DNA of 63,355 nt, taken from IMG/VR virus record IMGVR_UViG_3300050015_000312, positions 1 through 63,355 of that record. One strand, 5' to 3'. Below the pieces are notes generated by a model. The model did no database searches. It was given only the letters and a program-made list of their open reading frames with translations, and was not told the DNA's origin. Source of the stretch: a virus. Lineage: Duplodnaviria; Caudoviricetes. This document shows, in pieces, positions 46,326-56,726 of this stretch (positions are counted from its first letter, which is position 1; the number at the start of each line of letters is the position of its first letter). The translations under genes and the position numbers were made by a program.

Positions 46326-47150
46326 ATGGGAGTACCCTTAACACCCCTCGCCTCGATTGCCGGGAGATCGATCGCCGGAAGGTTCGGATCACTCGTAGGC
46401 AAGCTACCGCGCATCCCGGGCGTCGCAACTCGTGCCGCTTCCCTGATCGGTCAGATTTACTACTCGACCCGGACACCCGCGGCGTTGAATCCCGGCACCG
46501 CGGGGCCGTGGCGCCCGCCCCAATGGAGCCAGACACCGGGGCTCTTTATAGCGGTCAGCGATGCACAAAACGGCGAGCAGACGTTCTATGTCTTCGACGG
46601 CGCCCTTCGGGCCGAGCACGAACAACATTCCGTAATCACACTGAATCCGGTGCAGACGGGAGCTGCGATCTCTGATCACGCCTACACCGTTCCAGCGCGG
46701 CTCGTCGTCGAGATTGCGATGAGCGATGCGATGCAATCGTTCATCGTCGGCCAATGGTCGGATGGACCATCCAAAAGCGCATCCGCATATCAGACGCTCG
46801 TTGCTTTACAGCGGCAGCGTCAGGTGTTGCAGGTGGCGACCCGGCTCCGGCAATACGACCAGATGCTGATCTCGGAGGTACGGACCGAAGAAACCGTAGG
46901 AACGCGATTTGCGCTAAAGGCAATCGTGACGTTCACTGAGATCATCACGGCGTCGGTTGAATCCACATCTTCTGGCGTCAGTTTCGACCCCGCGCTTCCG
47001 CAGACGACCGGGCAGACCGTGACTGGGCAGGTGCGGGTCTCTCCGGTGCCAGAGAACGTTCAGGCGCAGAATTCTGTGGTTGGCCCCCTAGCGCAGTCCT
47101 CATCCACCGTTCCGGGTGCAGGAAAGTGGAGCAGTGCCGTAACACCGTAG
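46326..47150 (+). CDS. Baseplate/Dit-like tube-initiator protein
   Basis: EHEQHSVIT.NPVQTGAAISDHAY motif. Confidence 0.75.
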   Translation: MGVPLTPLASIAGRSIAGRFGSLVGKLPRIPGVATRAASLIGQIYYSTRTPAALNPGTAGPWRPPQWSQTPGLFIAVSDAQNGEQTFYVFDGALRAEHEQHSVITLNPVQTGAAISDHAYTVPARLVVEIAMSDAMQSFIVGQWSDGPSKSASAYQTLVALQRQRQVLQVATRLRQYDQMLISEVRTEETVGTRFALKAIVTFTEIITASVESTSSGVSFDPALPQTTGQTVTGQVRVSPVPENVQAQNSVVGPLAQSSSTVPGAGKWSSAVTP

Positions 47151-47194
47151 CAAACCATGGCCCAAATTCTCGCCAGCGCCGTAGCTCCGTAATC

Positions 47195-47527
47195 ATGGCC
47201 CAGATTCTCGCCCTCAATAATTCGCCGAACCAGAGCCTGCGAGTGGCCCTGAACGTAAATGGGCATTCCCTGACGCTGAATCTCCGGCTGCGCTACAACA
47301 CCCAGGCCGGATTTTGGACGATGGACATCGCGGATCAGTCCAACAATCCGCTGGCGTCATCGGTTCCGCTGCTTACCGGCGCATGGCCGGGAGCGAATAT
47401 TCTCGCGCCCTACGATTACCTGGGGATCGGCTCCGCTTACGTCATCAACCAGAGCGGTGCCGCGAGCGACTGGCCGGACGATAGCGGACTCGGCCGAGAT
47501 TTTGTGGTTTTATGGGACGACAACTGA
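47195..47527 (+). CDS. Baseplate plug-like protein
   Basis: PNQS...LRYN...W.MDI...PLLTG. Confidence 0.7.
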   Translation: MAQILALNNSPNQSLRVALNVNGHSLTLNLRLRYNTQAGFWTMDIADQSNNPLASSVPLLTGAWPGANILAPYDYLGIGSAYVINQSGAASDWPDDSGLGRDFVVLWDDN

Positions 47528-48678
47528 TGGCATCCGCTCCGATGGCCTCCGCAGCGCAATCCCTACCCTACTTCGGCCGGGCGTGGCACATCGCCGTCGA
47601 CACGGCGGACGGCACGCACCTGGTGCTGTCGAGCGACCAGTTTTCCGAGGCGCTGCGCGTCACGTTCTCCGTCGACATGGTTATGCTGATGGCTTACTGG
47701 CAGGCGGAGGTGAGGATCTACAACCTGTCGAATGAGACCGCCACTCGGATCTGGCAGGGGAGCAGCAAGAACTACGGTCCCAAACCGGGCGGCTTGCTGC
47801 AGTCGCGCGATGTGTTACTGGACAAACAACCTCTTGTGCTGGGCGATGTGGTCACCATCAGCGCCGGATACAAGGCGGACACGTCGGGGGACTTCGATCC
47901 CGTTACCAGCTTGCTGTATTACGGCAAAGTGCTGCAGCCGGTATGGCTGCGCGAGAACGTTGTCGATTACAAGCTCATTCTGCGACTCACGACCGGGCTG
48001 CCCGAAGACGCCTACAATCTCACCAGTTTTGCTCTGGAAAAAGACAAGACGGCGCACGACAGCATCTGCCAGATCTGCCGCCAAGCGAAAACACCCATCC
48101 CGTTCCCAATAGAGAACATCGACGACGCCGCCCGGAACAAACTCAGCCGGACGAAGTTCTCGCGCGGCCAGGCGTTTCACGGGCGCCCCTACGAGATGAT
48201 CCGGGAGATCGTCAAGCAGCACGGCCTGTTCGCGTGGGTGAAGCCGATTGATCCTAAAACCGGTATCGGGGGTTTGAATGTGCGCTCTTTCGATGGCCCA
48301 CCCCCGGCACCGGACCATGTTTATGGACCTCCAGATCCGTACGGAAGCTCCGCGCCCACTCGGGGCCAGGTTAAAAGAACGCTGATCGGGGTTCCGGAAC
48401 AGACCCAGGCTGGCGTCGTCTTTCGTGTGCTGCTCGATCCGAGTGTACGTATCGGGGACGTAGTGCAGCTCGCGCCGGGGACGGTCATCAATGCGCACCC
48501 GATGCAGATCTTCGTACTCCCGGCGGCATCCCCCTCCGTTGAAGGGACATACACGGTTCAAGGCATACGCCACATCGGCGATACGCGCGGCCGCGGCGAT
48601 GACTGGTACACGGAGATTCATGCCGTCGTGCCGAATTTCTTCGCGGAGTTCTTGGAGTCCAAAAAACCAAATGGCTAA
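47527..48678 (+). CDS. Baseplate hub protein
   Basis: YFGR...AEVRIYNLS...AGY...LIGVPE...GDTRG..WY. Confidence 0.78.
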   Translation: MASAPMASAAQSLPYFGRAWHIAVDTADGTHLVLSSDQFSEALRVTFSVDMVMLMAYWQAEVRIYNLSNETATRIWQGSSKNYGPKPGGLLQSRDVLLDKQPLVLGDVVTISAGYKADTSGDFDPVTSLLYYGKVLQPVWLRENVVDYKLILRLTTGLPEDAYNLTSFALEKDKTAHDSICQICRQAKTPIPFPIENIDDAARNKLSRTKFSRGQAFHGRPYEMIREIVKQHGLFAWVKPIDPKTGIGGLNVRSFDGPPPAPDHVYGPPDPYGSSAPTRGQVKRTLIGVPEQTQAGVVFRVLLDPSVRIGDVVQLAPGTVINAHPMQIFVLPAASPSVEGTYTVQGIRHIGDTRGRGDDWYTEIHAVVPNFFAEFLESKKPNG

Positions 48679-49408
48679 CTTCGGACTAAGTGTCGAACAG
48701 CGCGAGACTCCGTCCCTAGAGCGCGCGCGCTCGCTCGCCGACATGATCGCTCAGTCTCTGCGCGTCGCCCTCCCGGCCGTGGTACGGTCCTTCGACCCCG
48801 GCCCGCCCGCTACCGTCTCGGTATTGATCGCCACCAACGAGCTCGTGAAGTACAGTGAGGGTGCCGCAGTAATCTCGCTGAAGACCAAGGCGATGCAACT
48901 GCCCTTGCTCCAGGACGTGCCTGTGATGATGCCCTCGGCGGGCGGCTGGAGCATGACATTTCCGATTCAGCCCGGCGATGAGTGTCTGGTGGTTTTCGCG
49001 GACACCCCGCTCGACGTCTGGCTCCAGAACGGCGGCGTTAACAACAACCCGATCAGCCAGCGGCGGCACAGCCTCTCGGACGCGGTGGCCATCTTCGGCC
49101 TGCGCTCGAATCCGCGCGGACTCGCGGGTTATTCGACCACCTCGGCGCAGCTCCGCAACGACGACGGGACCGTGGTCATCGATCTCACGGACGACAAGGT
49201 AACCGTCACGGCGCCCAGCGTGGCGGTTGAATGTTCGGGCGAGGTCTCGGTGCAAGCGCACACGGTCTCGGTCGAAGCGGACACGGCTACCGTGCAGGCC
49301 AGCGCGGTGACTCTGGGATCGGCGACGACTATCGACGGGAAGGCGTTTCTTACCCACCTCCATTCTGGCGTTCAGGGCGGACTCTCCACATCCGGACCCG
49401 TGGCCTAG
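48671..49408 (+). CDS. Baseplate spike (Gp138-like)
   Basis: DVPV...TFPIQPGDECLVVFAD...RRHSLSDA; C-terminal HxH (HLHSGV). Confidence 0.85.
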   Translation: MANFGLSVEQRETPSLERARSLADMIAQSLRVALPAVVRSFDPGPPATVSVLIATNELVKYSEGAAVISLKTKAMQLPLLQDVPVMMPSAGGWSMTFPIQPGDECLVVFADTPLDVWLQNGGVNNNPISQRRHSLSDAVAIFGLRSNPRGLAGYSTTSAQLRNDDGTVVIDLTDDKVTVTAPSVAVECSGEVSVQAHTVSVEADTATVQASAVTLGSATTIDGKAFLTHLHSGVQGGLSTSGPVA

Positions 49409-49409
49409 C

Positions 49410-49853
49410 ATGCCGGCGATTCTGGTTCGAAAACTCAACAGCGCGGGTGATCCGATGCGCGGCGCGGGGCTGTCCAATTTCGCCACCGATATCGAAGCCG
49501 TGGCGCAGATCCTCTCCACCCGGCTGCGGTTACTCCAGGCCGAATGGTTCGAGAATCTACTGGAGGGAACCCCGCTGTTTCAAAGCCTGCTCGGGCATCC
49601 CATCACCAGCCAGGGAGTTGCGTTTATCCTTCGGCGGCGGATTCTCGGAACGCCTTACGTGACCGGAATCCAAGCTCTCCAAGTGAACTACGGCCGCGCG
49701 GGTCGCACGTTCGCGTTCATCGCGGTGGTTCAGACTGCGTTCGGGCCGGTGGCGATTTCAAACACCCAGCAGCCCGGAGGAAGCGACGGCCAAACGTGGA
49801 GCAGCTCGACGGGCACATGGGACAGCACGATTGAAACCTGGGATAGCGTTTAG
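49410..49853 (+). CDS. Baseplate gp25/GP46-like protein
   Basis: AVAQ..TRLRL...EWF....GTP. Confidence 0.75.
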   Translation: MPAILVRKLNSAGDPMRGAGLSNFATDIEAVAQILSTRLRLLQAEWFENLLEGTPLFQSLLGHPITSQGVAFILRRRILGTPYVTGIQALQVNYGRAGRTFAFIAVVQTAFGPVAISNTQQPGGSDGQTWSSSTGTWDSTIETWDSV

Positions 49854-49892
49854 GGACGCGTCGTTTAGGGGCGAATAATTCAGAGGCAAATC

Positions 49893-51581
49893 ATGAAAAC
49901 CATCGGCACTAGCATCGCGGCACTTCTTTTCCTCGCAGCTTCGGCATTCGCGCAATGCACCCTGGGGCAGATCTCCGTTCGCAGCGGCTTGCCGCCGAAC
50001 ACGACCACGGTGTGTCTCACTCCGGATACGATACTTCCGATTCTCGGAGAGTATTGGAAACAGGATTCTCCGGCGATCATTAATAGCAACTTCGCGTGGC
50101 TGGTGAACAACACCCTCCCGAATCCGATGACCACGCGCGGAGATTTGATCTACCGAGACGCCAGCGGCACCGCGCGTCTCCCGATTGGGCTGAACGGTTC
50201 CGCTCTCACCTCAGACGGAACAGACCTTTTCTGGGCCAGATATTCATATTCCGATCTGAGCGGCACGCCGACGCTCTTTGCGCCATCTCTTCACTCAAAC
50301 TTGCACGCCGCAGGACAAGCAGACGCGATCACCCCGAGCGCAATAGGGGCCATGGCCGCCCTCTCTGGGACGGGCGCCGTTAAGCTCACCAGCGGGGCTC
50401 CAGGGCTCGTATCCGGAGACGCCTCGAACTGCGTGCACGTCGATGGCTCAAGCGCGGCCTGCCAAGCAGCCCTCGGCTTCACCGCCGAGAACTCCGCAAA
50501 CAAAGGTGCCGCTGGGGGATATGCGAGCCTGGACATAAACGGCAAGCTGCCCTCGGGCCAGCTTACGCAACTGGCCATCACTGATACCTACGTGGTGGCG
50601 AGTCAGGCGGCTCAGTTGGCTCTCAGCGCTCACCAGGGAGACATCTGCATCAGGTCGGATCAATCGCAAACCTACGTGCAGAACGGCGGGTCGGCGGGCA
50701 CGATGGCGGATTGGACGGTTCTGCAAACGCCGTCGTCCGCCGTCCAGTCGGTCAACGGGTACGTCGGGATTGTGTCGCTGTCGGCTACGGACGTGGGGGC
50801 AGTTGCCACCTCAGATTCCCGCCTCTCGGATGCCCGCACACCGACTGCGCACGCCACGAGTCACAAGAACGGCGGTGCCGACGAGGTTGCTACCGTCACT
50901 CCCGCTGCGAATGCAATACCAAAAGCTGGTGCGGGCGGAACGCTTGCGGCCGGCTGGTTTCCGACCCTCAACCAGAGCACCTCCGGCAACGCCGCCACGG
51001 CTACGGCGTTAGCCGCCGATCCGGCCGACTGCGCCGCCAATCAGTTTGCCTACGCGATCAACGCCAGCGGTACCTTGACTTGCGTGGCTCTTACTCTGGC
51101 GGGCCCGCAGCACGCGAACCAGGGAACTACGACCACCCTGCTGCATGGTAACGCCGCAGGAAATCCCGCCTGGTCCGCTGTCGTCGCTGCCGACATCGCG
51201 GCCAACACGATCACCCCGTCCAAGATGAGCGTCTACGAGCACCAGTTCACGATGACGGGCAGTGGAACCGGTGGCCTGCTCGTGGACACCGACGATCAGC
51301 CGGCGATCTGGACAAACCACTCTGGCGGCAACATGACCGTCACGAAGGTCTGGTGTCGAACGGACAGCGCGACGGCCGCAACGATACAGCTACAGAGGGA
51401 TGACGGGTCACCAGCGAATATGTTTAGCAGCAATCTGAGTTGTACTTCAGCGGAAGCAAATACTTTGACGTTTGTGTCGGGCGAGAATGTGCTCGCGGAT
51501 GGTCATGGCATCGACTACCAAACGGTCGTGGCTGGCGGCGGGGCACATTGGGTTTCGGTCCACTACACGGCGACTTACTAG
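49893..51581 (+). CDS. Tail-fibre-like protein with Sec signal peptide
   Basis: MKTIGTSIAALLFLAASAFA-Q; fibre motifs NKGAAGGYASLD, VQSVNG..G.V.L.A.DVGA, RLSDARTP. Confidence 0.7.
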   Translation: MKTIGTSIAALLFLAASAFAQCTLGQISVRSGLPPNTTTVCLTPDTILPILGEYWKQDSPAIINSNFAWLVNNTLPNPMTTRGDLIYRDASGTARLPIGLNGSALTSDGTDLFWARYSYSDLSGTPTLFAPSLHSNLHAAGQADAITPSAIGAMAALSGTGAVKLTSGAPGLVSGDASNCVHVDGSSAACQAALGFTAENSANKGAAGGYASLDINGKLPSGQLTQLAITDTYVVASQAAQLALSAHQGDICIRSDQSQTYVQNGGSAGTMADWTVLQTPSSAVQSVNGYVGIVSLSATDVGAVATSDSRLSDARTPTAHATSHKNGGADEVATVTPAANAIPKAGAGGTLAAGWFPTLNQSTSGNAATATALAADPADCAANQFAYAINASGTLTCVALTLAGPQHANQGTTTTLLHGNAAGNPAWSAVVAADIAANTITPSKMSVYEHQFTMTGSGTGGLLVDTDDQPAIWTNHSGGNMTVTKVWCRTDSATAATIQLQRDDGSPANMFSSNLSCTSAEANTLTFVSGENVLADGHGIDYQTVVAGGGAHWVSVHYTATY

Positions 51582-51588
51582 GGACACT

Positions 51589-52299
51589 ATGAAAAAGATA
51601 CTTGCGGTCCTTGCTTTTCTCCTCTGCCAATCCTTGCTGTTTGCTACTACCGAGACCTTTACAACGTCTGGAACCTGGACGGCTCCAACTGGGGTCACCA
51701 GCGTCCTAGTTGAAGCATGGGGTCCAGGTGGTGTGGCCTTTATGTGTATGACTACCGATCCTTGTAGCGAAGGTGGCGGTGGCGGGGCCTATGCTGCAAG
51801 CACGATTTCGGTAACACCAGGAAGTAACTACAGTTATGTGATAGGAACTACTTATTTTGCTGGTACTCCTTACCCTACGACACTTCATGCAACTAATACG
51901 GCATTTAATGGAACTGCTGTTGTGGCAGCTTACGGAGACTTTCAAGCGGGAGGCACGGTAGCCAATTCCACTGGGACTGTTAAGTATTCTGGAGGAAATG
52001 GGTTTCAGGGGTGTACTACTAAAGGTGGCGGGGGAGGAAGTTCTGCGGGGCCAAACTCAAACGGAAATAATGCAGTAAGTACTACCGGCGCAAGTGCTGT
52101 AACTGGTGGAGGTGCTGGCGGTTCCGGTTATACCGGTTCTAGGGGGAATGGAGCTGACGGCCTAAGTCCAGGTGGGGGTGGAGGTGGTTGTACTGATGAT
52201 GGGCTGGATTATTATTATGGAGGTTCCGGCGGTACTGGCCAAATTCGTCTGACCTACACAGCGGTCACACCAAGAAAGCGAATCATCGTCTCGGAGTAG
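51589..52299 (+). CDS. Glycine-rich receptor-binding-type domain with signal peptide
   Basis: MKKILAVLAFLLCQSLLFA; FTTSGTWTAPTGVTSVLVEAWG.GG; lower GC. Confidence 0.7.
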   Translation: MKKILAVLAFLLCQSLLFATTETFTTSGTWTAPTGVTSVLVEAWGPGGVAFMCMTTDPCSEGGGGGAYAASTISVTPGSNYSYVIGTTYFAGTPYPTTLHATNTAFNGTAVVAAYGDFQAGGTVANSTGTVKYSGGNGFQGCTTKGGGGGSSAGPNSNGNNAVSTTGASAVTGGGAGGSGYTGSRGNGADGLSPGGGGGGCTDDGLDYYYGGSGGTGQIRLTYTAVTPRKRIIVSE

Positions 52300-52318
52300 G
52301 AATCTCTAGAGTCAAATC

Positions 52319-53692
52319 ATGAGCTACTCGCCTCCAACCATCGGCGCATCCGGACTCACGATCCCAACCTATGCCGACATCCTGGCATGGCTGATCGGCC
52401 AATATCAGGGAATCTACGGCAACGCTGCCTACCTGGGAACAGACGCCGCCGATTACCAGGACATCGCCGTCCGGGCATTACAAGCGAGCGACTTCGGCCA
52501 ATCGCTCCAGGCGCTCTACCTCGCCTTCAACCCGCAAACCGCAATCGGGGCAAGTCTTGACCTCATCGGGAAACTCATCGGGACGGCCCGCAAGGCAGCC
52601 TCGCAGTCGATCGCGCTCGTGACACTCACCGGCACTCCGGGTGCCGTGGTCACGCGCGGCATGGCTCGGGACGTAAACGGCAATTACTGGGACATCGCTT
52701 CCCCGGCGACGATCGGCTCATCCGGCACCGTAGCGATCATTGCCACGGCGCAGAATGCAGGCAACATCACGGCCAATCCCGGGGACATCTCCAGCATCAG
52801 CACGCCCACCGCGGGATGGACGGCGGTAACGAATCCAGCGGCGGCAATGCCGGGCCAGGCAGTCGAGCCGGATTCACGATACCGGGCGCGCCTGATGGTT
52901 GCGCAGACCAAGCCCTCCGTTTCGCTCGTGGCAGGGACCGCGGCGGCGATTGCGGCCGTCTCCGGCGTGACTCGGTCGCAGGTATACGAGAACCCCACGG
53001 GGGACGTAGATTCCTACGGAAACCCAGCCCACTCGATCACCTGCGTAACTGAAGGAGGATCGACGGCGGACATCGCTCAGGCGATCTATTCCAACCGCGG
53101 AATCGGTTGCGAGACGAACGGCGCGACCACGGTGAACGTCATCGACACGAACAACAATTCGATCTCCATGCCGATTTCATTCGACGTGCTCGACTACGTT
53201 CCGGTCTACGTGTCGCTGAGCGTCCACGGCTTGACGGGCTTCACGTCAGCGGCACAAGCGGCGATCGCTTCCGCAATCGTGAACTACCTGAACAGCCTGG
53301 GGATTGGCGAGGGCGTAGTGTTCAGTGAGTTGTACGGCGCGGCGCTGACCGCGAGACCCGACCCGGACCAGCCGCTGTTCTCGATCCGCGCCATGTTGTC
53401 TGGATCTCAAGCGGCTTCTACCGCGGGCAGTACCACCAGCGGAAGTCCGACCGTGACGGTTGCGAGCGCTTCCGGGATCGCGGCCGACCAAGTGGTCGTG
53501 GGCCCCGGCGTCCCGTCCGGCACGACCGTCTCCACAGTGGTCGGAACGACGGTCACGCTTTCGGCCAACGCGACGGCCAGCGGCACGGGCGTGGCCCTGG
53601 AATTCTTCACGACGGGAACGACTGACATCGCGGTCGCATTCAACAAAGCGGCGCAAGGATCGGCCGCTTACGTGGTCGTGAACCTGGTTTAG
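52319..53692 (+). CDS. Baseplate J-like protein
   Basis: GLTIPTYADI...FNPQTA.G..LD...GWT.VTN..AA.PG...E.D..YR.R...VYEN.T. Confidence 0.88.
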   Translation: MSYSPPTIGASGLTIPTYADILAWLIGQYQGIYGNAAYLGTDAADYQDIAVRALQASDFGQSLQALYLAFNPQTAIGASLDLIGKLIGTARKAASQSIALVTLTGTPGAVVTRGMARDVNGNYWDIASPATIGSSGTVAIIATAQNAGNITANPGDISSISTPTAGWTAVTNPAAAMPGQAVEPDSRYRARLMVAQTKPSVSLVAGTAAAIAAVSGVTRSQVYENPTGDVDSYGNPAHSITCVTEGGSTADIAQAIYSNRGIGCETNGATTVNVIDTNNNSISMPISFDVLDYVPVYVSLSVHGLTGFTSAAQAAIASAIVNYLNSLGIGEGVVFSELYGAALTARPDPDQPLFSIRAMLSGSQAASTAGSTTSGSPTVTVASASGIAADQVVVGPGVPSGTTVSTVVGTTVTLSANATASGTGVALEFFTTGTTDIAVAFNKAAQGSAAYVVVNLV

Positions 53693-53717
53693 GTCTGACT
53701 TGGAAAGGAACCCTGAC

Positions 53718-54416
53718 ATGATTCGACACCTTCTGATCTTTGCGGTTTTGGCTCTCGCTCCTCATGCGCTTGCGCAGGATGTGATCCAGGGGCGCCACAT
53801 CACCCAGGAGACCACGGCGCCCGATACGCCCTCGGCCGGTTTCGGAGCATGCTGGTTCGACGCGACCAGCCATGCGTATCAGTGCAAGAACTCGAGCGGG
53901 ACCGTCTTCCAGGCGGTGCAAGTCTGCTCTGCGACGGTCACAATCAATTGCGTCCCGAGCGCAGGAGCAGACGGCAACGTTGCTATCGGATCCACGGTCA
54001 TCGGTCCCGCGGTATCCGTCCCCGGCTGCCGCAAGTACACCGTAGCCTACACCGATGCGATCTTCAAGGCGGACGCGGTCACCGCGACCAAGACCATCAA
54101 GGCGCTCGCCGCGAACGAAGCCATCATTGGGGTACGGGCTAAGCACTCGGCCGCGTTCTCCGGAACCGGGATCACCTCGGCTACCGTGAGCCTTGGGGAC
54201 GGCACGACTGCGGACGCCTACCTCTCCGCGTTTAACGTCTTCCAGACGGCGGCGAATACGGCGCTCGCGATCGACGGAAGTATGAAGGAGACCACAGTGG
54301 CGGCTCACAATCTGGTGGCGACCTTCACCGCTGATGCAAACCTCGGGGACGGCACAGCGACGGCGCTCGCCGCAGGCTCGGTCGATATCCACGTCTGCAC
54401 GGTTGTTTTGCCGTAG
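53718..54416 (+). CDS. Secreted-type beta-rich protein with signal peptide
   Basis: MIRHLLIFAVLALAPHALA-Q; inserted between baseplate J and the wedge gene. Confidence 0.65.
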   Translation: MIRHLLIFAVLALAPHALAQDVIQGRHITQETTAPDTPSAGFGACWFDATSHAYQCKNSSGTVFQAVQVCSATVTINCVPSAGADGNVAIGSTVIGPAVSVPGCRKYTVAYTDAIFKADAVTATKTIKALAANEAIIGVRAKHSAAFSGTGITSATVSLGDGTTADAYLSAFNVFQTAANTALAIDGSMKETTVAAHNLVATFTADANLGDGTATALAAGSVDIHVCTVVLP

Positions 54417-54451
54417 GTCGGAAACGGCCGCAAACCCAACCTGTTACCCTT

Positions 54452-55018
54452 ATGCCGGATTCCTCGTACTACGCAGGACTCGTCACCTCCGAATATCAGG
54501 TCAGCGCGAACATGCTCACCTGGCTGGGGGCGACCCTTCAGCCGTTTCAAGATGCGCTCGCGTGCCTCGCGGATTTCGGTTCCGCGTTTGATATCGACCT
54601 GGCTGTTGGTCCGCAGCTCGACATCCTGGGGGCCATCCTCGGCCAATCGAGGACGGTGGGATTCCAACCGAGCGACGGTGTGAGTCCCGTTCTCGACGAC
54701 GCGACCTACCGTTTCTTGCTCAAGGCCCGGATCATTCAGAACCACTGGGACGGGCGCATCGGGACCGTGCTTGCCATGTGGCGCCTCTTGTTCCCCGGCG
54801 GCGCGCTGACGATTCAGGACCACCAGGACATGAGCGTAAGTCTGTATGTCTCCGGAGCGTTCACGTCGATCATGAAAGACCTGATCTCGAACGGCTACAT
54901 CGTCCCCCGGCCGCAAGGGGTCTTGTACAACTTCTCGTTCCCGACGCTGCCGATGCTCGGCTTCGACCGGAACGATGACTTCGTTGCCGGATTTGACCTC
55001 GGCCACTTCGCAGGATAG
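54452..55018 (+). CDS. DUF2612 baseplate wedge protein
   Basis: FDIDLAVG.QLDILG...LDD.TYR.LLKARI..N.WDG...D.QDMS...PRPQGV. Confidence 0.85.
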   Translation: MPDSSYYAGLVTSEYQVSANMLTWLGATLQPFQDALACLADFGSAFDIDLAVGPQLDILGAILGQSRTVGFQPSDGVSPVLDDATYRFLLKARIIQNHWDGRIGTVLAMWRLLFPGGALTIQDHQDMSVSLYVSGAFTSIMKDLISNGYIVPRPQGVLYNFSFPTLPMLGFDRNDDFVAGFDLGHFAG

Positions 55019-55049
55019 CCCTCGCGGGATAGCCCTCACCGGATAATTT

Positions 55050-55934
55050 ATGCCAGCAGCCACCAACTTCATTCAGTTTGACCCGAACCTGACAAACGCC
55101 GAGACGGACAACCAGTATTCCGCTGACTCCATGCGTTCCGGCGGCGCCGCGCTCGACGCGATTCTACCGCACCCGCTGTTCAATAAGTTTGCCTACCAGG
55201 TTTCGACATTCACCGCGGCCTTCGCGCAGATGCTCGTGAACAAGGGGTTTTCGCCCTCCGACGCGGACTTCGCGGACCTCGTTGCGATCCTGATGAACAT
55301 CAACACGTCGGCGGACGTGGCGTCTCTCATCACGACGGTTCCGTATGCGACGTCGGTGACGTTCAATGCAAGCCTGGCGGCCAAGTTCGATCTGACGCTC
55401 ACCGGGAACGTCTCAGCCTCGTCGCTCACGAACACCGTAGCCGGCCAGCTTCTGGTGTTCATCATCAACCAGGACGCCATCGGCGGACGGACGTTTGCGT
55501 GGCCCGCAACACTCACGGCCCCTTTCGCGATTGCGACCCAAGCCAACAGCACGAGCATCCAGGCGTTTGTGGTTCGTCCCGGCGGCGCGATCGTCCCTGT
55601 GACGCCGATGCTATGGATCACGTCGGCGGGTCTGATAATCGCGCCCTTGCCATCCGTGGTGAGTGTCAGTGCCAGCGGAAACATATCCAGCGCCAACAAG
55701 GAAATCGTCGAGAAAGTGAACGCGGGCGCAGGCACTGTGACGCGGAACGTATTCACGGCGGTGGGTTATTCCGGCTACAAGGTGCGGCTCAAAAAAATGG
55801 ATTCGACCCCGAACCCGGTGACGCTCTCCGCGCAGACCGGGCAGAGCATCGATGGGCAGGCGAGTGTGTCCATCATTCGGCAATTCGATTCTCTGACGAT
55901 CATGTCGGACAACGCGAACTGGGTGATTGTGTAG
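55050..55934 (+). CDS. Tail fibre (baseplate-attachment N-terminus)
   Basis: Follows the wedge gene; NF..FD...FNK...Q...AQ N-terminus; QDAIGGRTFAWP. Confidence 0.7.
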   Translation: MPAATNFIQFDPNLTNAETDNQYSADSMRSGGAALDAILPHPLFNKFAYQVSTFTAAFAQMLVNKGFSPSDADFADLVAILMNINTSADVASLITTVPYATSVTFNASLAAKFDLTLTGNVSASSLTNTVAGQLLVFIINQDAIGGRTFAWPATLTAPFAIATQANSTSIQAFVVRPGGAIVPVTPMLWITSAGLIIAPLPSVVSVSASGNISSANKEIVEKVNAGAGTVTRNVFTAVGYSGYKVRLKKMDSTPNPVTLSAQTGQSIDGQASVSIIRQFDSLTIMSDNANWVIV

Positions 55935-55997
55935 GGTCTCCAAGAGGGACAGCGAGGGACAGCGTTCGCAAGGGCATAGCCTCCGCAAAGGATTCTC

Positions 55998-56705
55998 ATG
56001 AGCTACATACAGAGCATCAGAACTCAGAAACAGCAGATCTTCACTTCGAGCGGTGCGTTCTCGCCCTCCCCGGCCCTGTTGCTGGCCGGGGGCTGGGTGG
56101 AGATCCTGGCGGTGGCTGGCGGTGGCGGTGGCGGCCGCGGGAATGCCGACCCAGTTGGAGGCGGAGGCGGTGGCGGTGGCGGACAAGTCAAGAAGCGAAT
56201 GGTGCAGGTGGCCGGAACCGTGGCTGTAGCTATCGGCGCCGGCGGTGCTGGGTCCGCCAGCTCCGCCTCTCCCGGGGGTACTGGCGGAACGACATCGTTT
56301 GCCGACCTCTTGTCCTGCCATGGTGGCTATGGCGGAACGGGCGGCGAGCAATACATGGGCCTTGGTGGCAGCGGGGGAAATTGTGGAGACGGTAGCGGAG
56401 GAGCCCCAAGCCTCGGCATTCAAAATGCAGGCGGCGGCGGCGGAGCTGGAGGGAGCGGCACCTCTCCCGCGAATGCCGGTGGTGGTGGTACCGGAGGAAT
56501 CGGCCTCTTCGGTTTCGGCGGCGGCGGCGGGGCTGGATTCGCCGGCGAAGGCACGGCTGCCTCCTATAGCGCGCCTGGGAGCTGCGGGGCGGGGCGGGGC
56601 GGACAATCCGGATCCCCCAACACCGGCGGTGGCGGTGGCGGCGGCATGGGATCGGCTGGCGGAGCTGGCGGATCAGGAATCTGCATCGTGACGTGGTGGG
56701 AGTAA
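55998..56705 (+). CDS. Glycine-rich fibre or receptor-binding domain protein
   Basis: IFTSSG...VAGGGGG...NTGGGGGG...GGSGICIV. Confidence 0.7.
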   Translation: MSYIQSIRTQKQQIFTSSGAFSPSPALLLAGGWVEILAVAGGGGGGRGNADPVGGGGGGGGGQVKKRMVQVAGTVAVAIGAGGAGSASSASPGGTGGTTSFADLLSCHGGYGGTGGEQYMGLGGSGGNCGDGSGGAPSLGIQNAGGGGGAGGSGTSPANAGGGGTGGIGLFGFGGGGGAGFAGEGTAASYSAPGSCGAGRGGQSGSPNTGGGGGGGMGSAGGAGGSGICIVTWWE

Positions 56706-56726
56706 GGCAATGGAGAGGTAAAACAA

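Noticed and set aside
51589-52299. Diversity-generating retroelement target
   Set aside because: No reverse transcriptase and no template/variable repeat pair seen in the window.
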